A DNA stretch of 64,000 nucleotides, from positions 1,302,001 to 1,366,000 of the forward strand of contig OZ025795.1 in assembly GCA_964019425.1 (NCBI GenBank), read 5' to 3'. This document shows positions 60,701-64,000 of this stretch, piece after piece. This DNA comes from Flectonema sp. DT1601 (taxonomy: Eukaryota). Within the stretch, counting starts at the first letter, position 1; the number at the start of each line of letters is the position of its first letter. The notes under the pieces are model-generated. The model saw nothing but the letters and a program-made list of their open reading frames with translations, ran no database searches and had not been told where the DNA came from. The position numbers were made by a program, and so were the translations under genes.

Positions 60701-62086
60701 GTAAAAGAAACAACCCAAAACAACTCAGACGTTCCCGCCATCGATCCGTCTCTCGTGAATAGCTTTAAAACAGCTCAATTAAATGGTTTTAAGAACCAAA
60801 AAAATACTACGAACCGGGATAGAACTGCAGGGAAAAAAGACAAACCAGTAGAAGATGTTACTGATGAAGACAAGCCAGTGATTGATCCGTCGCTGGTGGC
60901 GAGTTTTAAGGCAGCGCAGTTGCAATCATCGGAATTACCTAACGACGTCTTCAAAAGAGAGGAAGCTATCTCGGTTGCAGAAACCATCGGAGGATTTAAT
61001 AAACATAAATTTAAACGTCAACTACAAAGTCCTCTTGACGGATATTCTCCGTTACACCTCCCGCCACCATCAGTCACGCTGTACGAAACGGGTAACGGTA
61101 ACAGTGTTCCTCCGACAAGTAAAAAAATCAATTCGACACAGTTAATTGGAGCGTTGAGTAGTATAAAAAAAACAACAAAAATTGAAAATTCAACATCACC
61201 CGAAACAGAACGACGACTGAAGCAGTACATCGCTGAAGAAGAAATCGCCAGAAGAACTATTTCAGATCTCGAGGACAGCGCTCGGCAGTTCAAATCATCA
61301 GTCATGAGGGCGGAACGTGAATCTCGTCAGCTACTTGGAAATGACGGTCGCAACGATGTTGAAAGTGCGGCAGTTTTGTTGTGGAAGAACGTGAAAACCA
61401 AAAGAGAATTTAAAAAGGAGGCTGACTTTACGAAAGACCAAATCTCAGCTTTTCTCTCTTCAGAAAGAATGATCTACGACAGTAAAACTCTACGAAACGA
61501 TCCCCTTCTGGAGTACCTTTCAACTGTGGAGACACCACTACTAACACTTGAGGCTGCTCTACCTGACTTGATCACAACTCTCGCTAATCCGAATGTGGTC
61601 AAGTGTCGATCCTCATGGGGGAATGAGGACAGAAACAACCTTCAAAAATCTACTTTCCTACATCACAAGGCCCCTCGGTCAGCACACAGCATAGGATGGT
61701 ATTGTACGTCACTTGCGAAGAGATGGCTGAGAACTCCGCAGGCGGTAAATCTGAAACCAGTTTCTGGATCACAATACTGCGAGCATGAGATAACACTGTG
61801 TCGACCTACTCGAATTAAATCTATTTCTGTTATCTCCAGTGCTGTTGCTGTACAGGTTTCTGCAGATTCTGGAAATGGATACCTCGTCAACCGCAGCAGC
61901 AACATTTGTGAAACCTGCGTGGATAACGGAAATTATAATGAAGTACAACTTTCCCTTCTTCATGTCGACTTGTCGAACCAACCGTTGCTTTCTCGAGTTA
62001 AACTGCTGCTACTTCCTCAGAGGATATCTGCTGAAGCATTCTTCCCCTTAACATATCAAAGTACTCATGTATTTATTGAAGGTTAA
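57788..62086 (+). CDS. vasohibin-family tubulin tyrosine carboxypeptidase with a >1100-aa low-complexity C-terminal extension
   Basis: IQCVEACFVA (catalytic Cys), RFAISFES, YRHLVLG (His), FGSLGISR..LMTK. Confidence 0.82.
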   Translation: MVELSDCREQREVVIDKDVSPIDSSVPIVETKRPGGVVGFNASCLPTELNPSDYTSEKINLAINTCSNTLSKYDYHMYGATFNVDKKRPIQKLFSTADQILKEGIRIQCVEACFVALLLTDKLLPVIRFAISFESKNEEKTYRHLVLGLKYGDMFGSLGISRNCGLMTKSLSFCCLQELLDDFIKHYKKDGHVVSGITFSKPIPHGSPNTVVHWNFFSLQLQFGEPDSHKLEVQKFASRGLEGQIPFSGNFTKTKSLTQSFDKPTPPRGRKSSQSPSVAGRCLSATRFRTGGSPSPARKSVSQKTPRTDPTGKVTSRALSPIKKVNTSQTSDNVQKVLFQEDNKQPTECPPTPSQKQPKNAASPSTPPAQPTTKEETTSSKSEKKKSTTPTLTVGEESVQKKTIAVPLKSPCGGQKPPPSNKCTEVVDPKKNRIGIAPKSQSGDTKPRVSPTKKRKKGSEAEIPNPISSAGNLDDEIELPPPQKMTNVSTTPSENESTTGSNSESQQTKKPVAVKTVTGSHTSPSSKQKKEITPPLVLISSSDSLQSTTLTDDLSVLNKTRDEEPATPPSCKQKKETKVSTAVKTTAGSDVKLLSRVTAGTQSPPPLVLISSSDNQQSTTLSNNVSPRPSGKRKEIEVPNALKSPPGNKKVTGLTNVTENKQIPSSIDTKNEIKSTVTLKASDDQIEALQSSSSEKQNEVEVIPISEGSENEIKIAIPLKLASQDTNLPSVLSEQQDTNRISSATTPAVVSLSGKQIKEVDSPSVSTDSRNESNQLVNNRTVAVQKRSLSSNRREDDNNKPDVLNQLTTIDVPSENLSATIKKPKPRSPSRRQQQQKEDTHLHSQVSNKTEEQEKTSSSPRVWNSCTRVVSDLKGVDRSQKQTKKRGHNNLIGPFATPRKMKTTDSGRESNPNAPDFESDDDCQKVSFSSPKPQCQPQVKTISIPLHMDPSSISDMNTDCVQSQAVNLNSSVKETTQNNSDVPAIDPSLVNSFKTAQLNGFKNQKNTTNRDRTAGKKDKPVEDVTDEDKPVIDPSLVASFKAAQLQSSELPNDVFKREEAISVAETIGGFNKHKFKRQLQSPLDGYSPLHLPPPSVTLYETGNGNSVPPTSKKINSTQLIGALSSIKKTTKIENSTSPETERRLKQYIAEEEIARRTISDLEDSARQFKSSVMRAERESRQLLGNDGRNDVESAAVLLWKNVKTKREFKKEADFTKDQISAFLSSERMIYDSKTLRNDPLLEYLSTVETPLLTLEAALPDLITTLANPNVVKCRSSWGNEDRNNLQKSTFLHHKAPRSAHSIGWYCTSLAKRWLRTPQAVNLKPVSGSQYCEHEITLCRPTRIKSISVISSAVAVQVSADSGNGYLVNRSSNICETCVDNGNYNEVQLSLLHVDLSNQPLLSRVKLLLLPQRISAEAFFPLTYQSTHVFIEG

Positions 62087-63317
62087 GCTTATAATTAGTT
62101 TAGTAGTTTCATAACTTTAAAGAAACTACTTTTTTTGTTTTATTTTTAAAGTTGTTATGTATTTGATTCAACAGCTGATATCTTATTTTTTTTGTATAGA
62201 TGTTGTAGAGTATATAACTTTCGATAGTGTTAATTTTCTAACCCCCTCCTCCCTGCAGTTAACCCTTGTAACGGCCTACAGGGTACGTGTCCCCGAATCC
62301 CCATATTCGACAGCACGTATGGGGTTTTGTCGATTGTTACTGCCGAACTGTTTTTTTTTTTTAGTTTTTAGCAAGTTGCTTTATATTTTTAATAACAGTT
62401 ATGTAGTTTACCTGTTGAAAACTATAAAAAGAAAATTATGTGTCTTTTAGGCTTTTCTTGTTTTGTTAATGGCGTCTTCTTTTTTTTCTGTATTTTATCC
62501 TCCTCTTTCAACCACTCCCTTCATTAGTTTGTTTGTTTATTAGTCTGTTTAAAATATTTTTATTTCTTCGAACGAAAATTTTCAATTTTTTTTTAAAAAA
62601 AAATTAAAAAAAAAATCCGATTTTACCTAAATAAAAATATCGAAAATGGTAACCAATTATTACTGTGACACAGCACATAGAACTGATTTTCTTTGAGCAA
62701 CAATTCTTGATTACAATTATCGAGAATTTTTGACATTTTTTGGTATTCCATTTTCGTTAATCTTTTATCAAGAGATCTTTTGAATATCGTTTTTTTTTTT
62801 CTTCTGAATTGATTTTTCATATTCTTGGAGGGTTCAAAAACAAGCGAATGAATTTGTACTATTTATTTTTTTTCCATTCGTTCCGATGAGTGTTTTATTA
62901 TTTTGAACTTATTAATATCTCTTACAGGTTACAATATGAAGAAATGGTTCTATGAAATTGTTTGTGAAAAGTGAAATGCGGATATTTCGGTGTTTTTATT
63001 TTACCGAACACCCTATCGATGATCTCGTTGTAGCCCTCTCATATATTTTCAATATCCCTAAAGTAGGGTGAGTCACAGTTGGCTGATTTTTAGCTTCCTG
63101 GGGATTCGTGAATAAAATAAATTTCAATTTTGTAATTTAACTTTTTACTTAATAATTACATTTCTTTTTATCAGGTGAAACAGTCATCAAAATTGAAGTA
63201 ATATAATGGTAAGCTGATCTGATCTGAACTACCAGATTCTACGATGTATCTGAGGTATTAAATTTAAAAAACCTTTTCCAACCCCATCCAAGTCCAGTAA
63301 CTCATGCTATATGAACA

Positions 63318-64000
63318 ATGACAGATCACAGTTCCGATGTCTGTGATCTATTCTTCGTTGATGACGAACATGATAGCCATCCTTGTGTTAAGGTAAATGG
63401 AATGAGTATGCACAGAGTAAAGAAGGGTAAGAAGTGGCCTTATGATATGTACCAAATATTAAATTGGATCGCGGCAGTAGTTTCGATTGTGATCCATTCA
63501 GCTGTACATATGCCGATGGCTGGAGAGACTTCAGATATAGTTTTCGGATTTTTAATACCACTCGGAATCACAATGTCTATTTGTTTAGGGTTCGGAGCGT
63601 CGTTAACACAACCAGCAGCACCAGCTGTGTTTGGATCAAAAAGATGGACAAGAGAACAGTTTGAAGAGTCCAGTAAATACAGACATCCCGGCATTGACAC
63701 AACACAACTAGTGTTTTGTGTTAATTGTCACGTTTGGGTTGGTCGAGAAGCAAAACACTGCCACTCCTGCAACAAATGCATCGAAGGATTTGACCACCAT
63801 TGTAAATTTGTTAATGCCTGCGTCGGTAGCACTAACTACACGGAATTTGCGTTCTTTTCAATCGTAACTATGATTACTGCATTGATTCAAGCAGTTTTTA
63901 ATGTGATTCTTTTCGTTGGATCATTCAGCACCGAAGACGGCTACAAGGCTCGATTCGAATACGCATATGACACATACTCTGATGCCCGCTTTGGAGTGTG
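63318..64000 (+). CDS. DHHC palmitoyl acyltransferase, 3'-partial (absent from the ORF track)
   Basis: FCVNCHVWVGREAKHCHSCNKCIEGFDHHCKFVNACVGSTNY flanked by transmembrane segments. Confidence 0.92.
   Translation, partial: MTDHSSDVCDLFFVDDEHDSHPCVKVNGMSMHRVKKGKKWPYDMYQILNWIAAVVSIVIHSAVHMPMAGETSDIVFGFLIPLGITMSICLGFGASLTQPAAPAVFGSKRWTREQFEESSKYRHPGIDTTQLVFCVNCHVWVGREAKHCHSCNKCIEGFDHHCKFVNACVGSTNYTEFAFFSIVTMITALIQAVFNVILFVGSFSTEDGYKARFEYAYDTYSDARFGV

Overview
AT-rich eukaryotic chromosome segment, inferred to be euglenozoan and probably diplonemid-like. All ~18 host genes lie on the + strand, most are intronless, polypyrimidine-AG acceptors precede the genes, and there are three short GT-AG introns. 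Host genes: TMEM19/DUF92, CDC20-like, GH5 endoglycoceramidase, a DUF3480/SARA-C-like protein, CPSF3, a UBL-ankyrin-CaaX protein, a GAF-GAF phosphodiesterase, DusA, MOK kinase, a coiled-coil protein, a kringle-like protein, vasohibin and a DHHC palmitoyltransferase. The main discovery is a family of three ubiquitin-like + 69-bp-repeat LRR genes, two of which carry insertions at the same nucleotide of the repeat unit. One insertion is a ~6.3-kb GC-rich APE-RT non-LTR retrotransposon. It starts exactly with an HDV-like ribozyme fold and joins ORF1 to ORF2 through one in-frame UGA followed by a 2A (StopGo) peptide. The other is a 60-bp hairpin insert flanked by a perfect 20-bp target-site duplication. 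Together they suggest a retroelement that targets a hypervariable LRR gene family. Intergenic DNA also holds a Penelope-like RT relic, decayed hammerhead-like cores, an unidentified covarying RNA motif and piggyBac-like/MITE elements. All calls come from reading the sequence; no searches were run.
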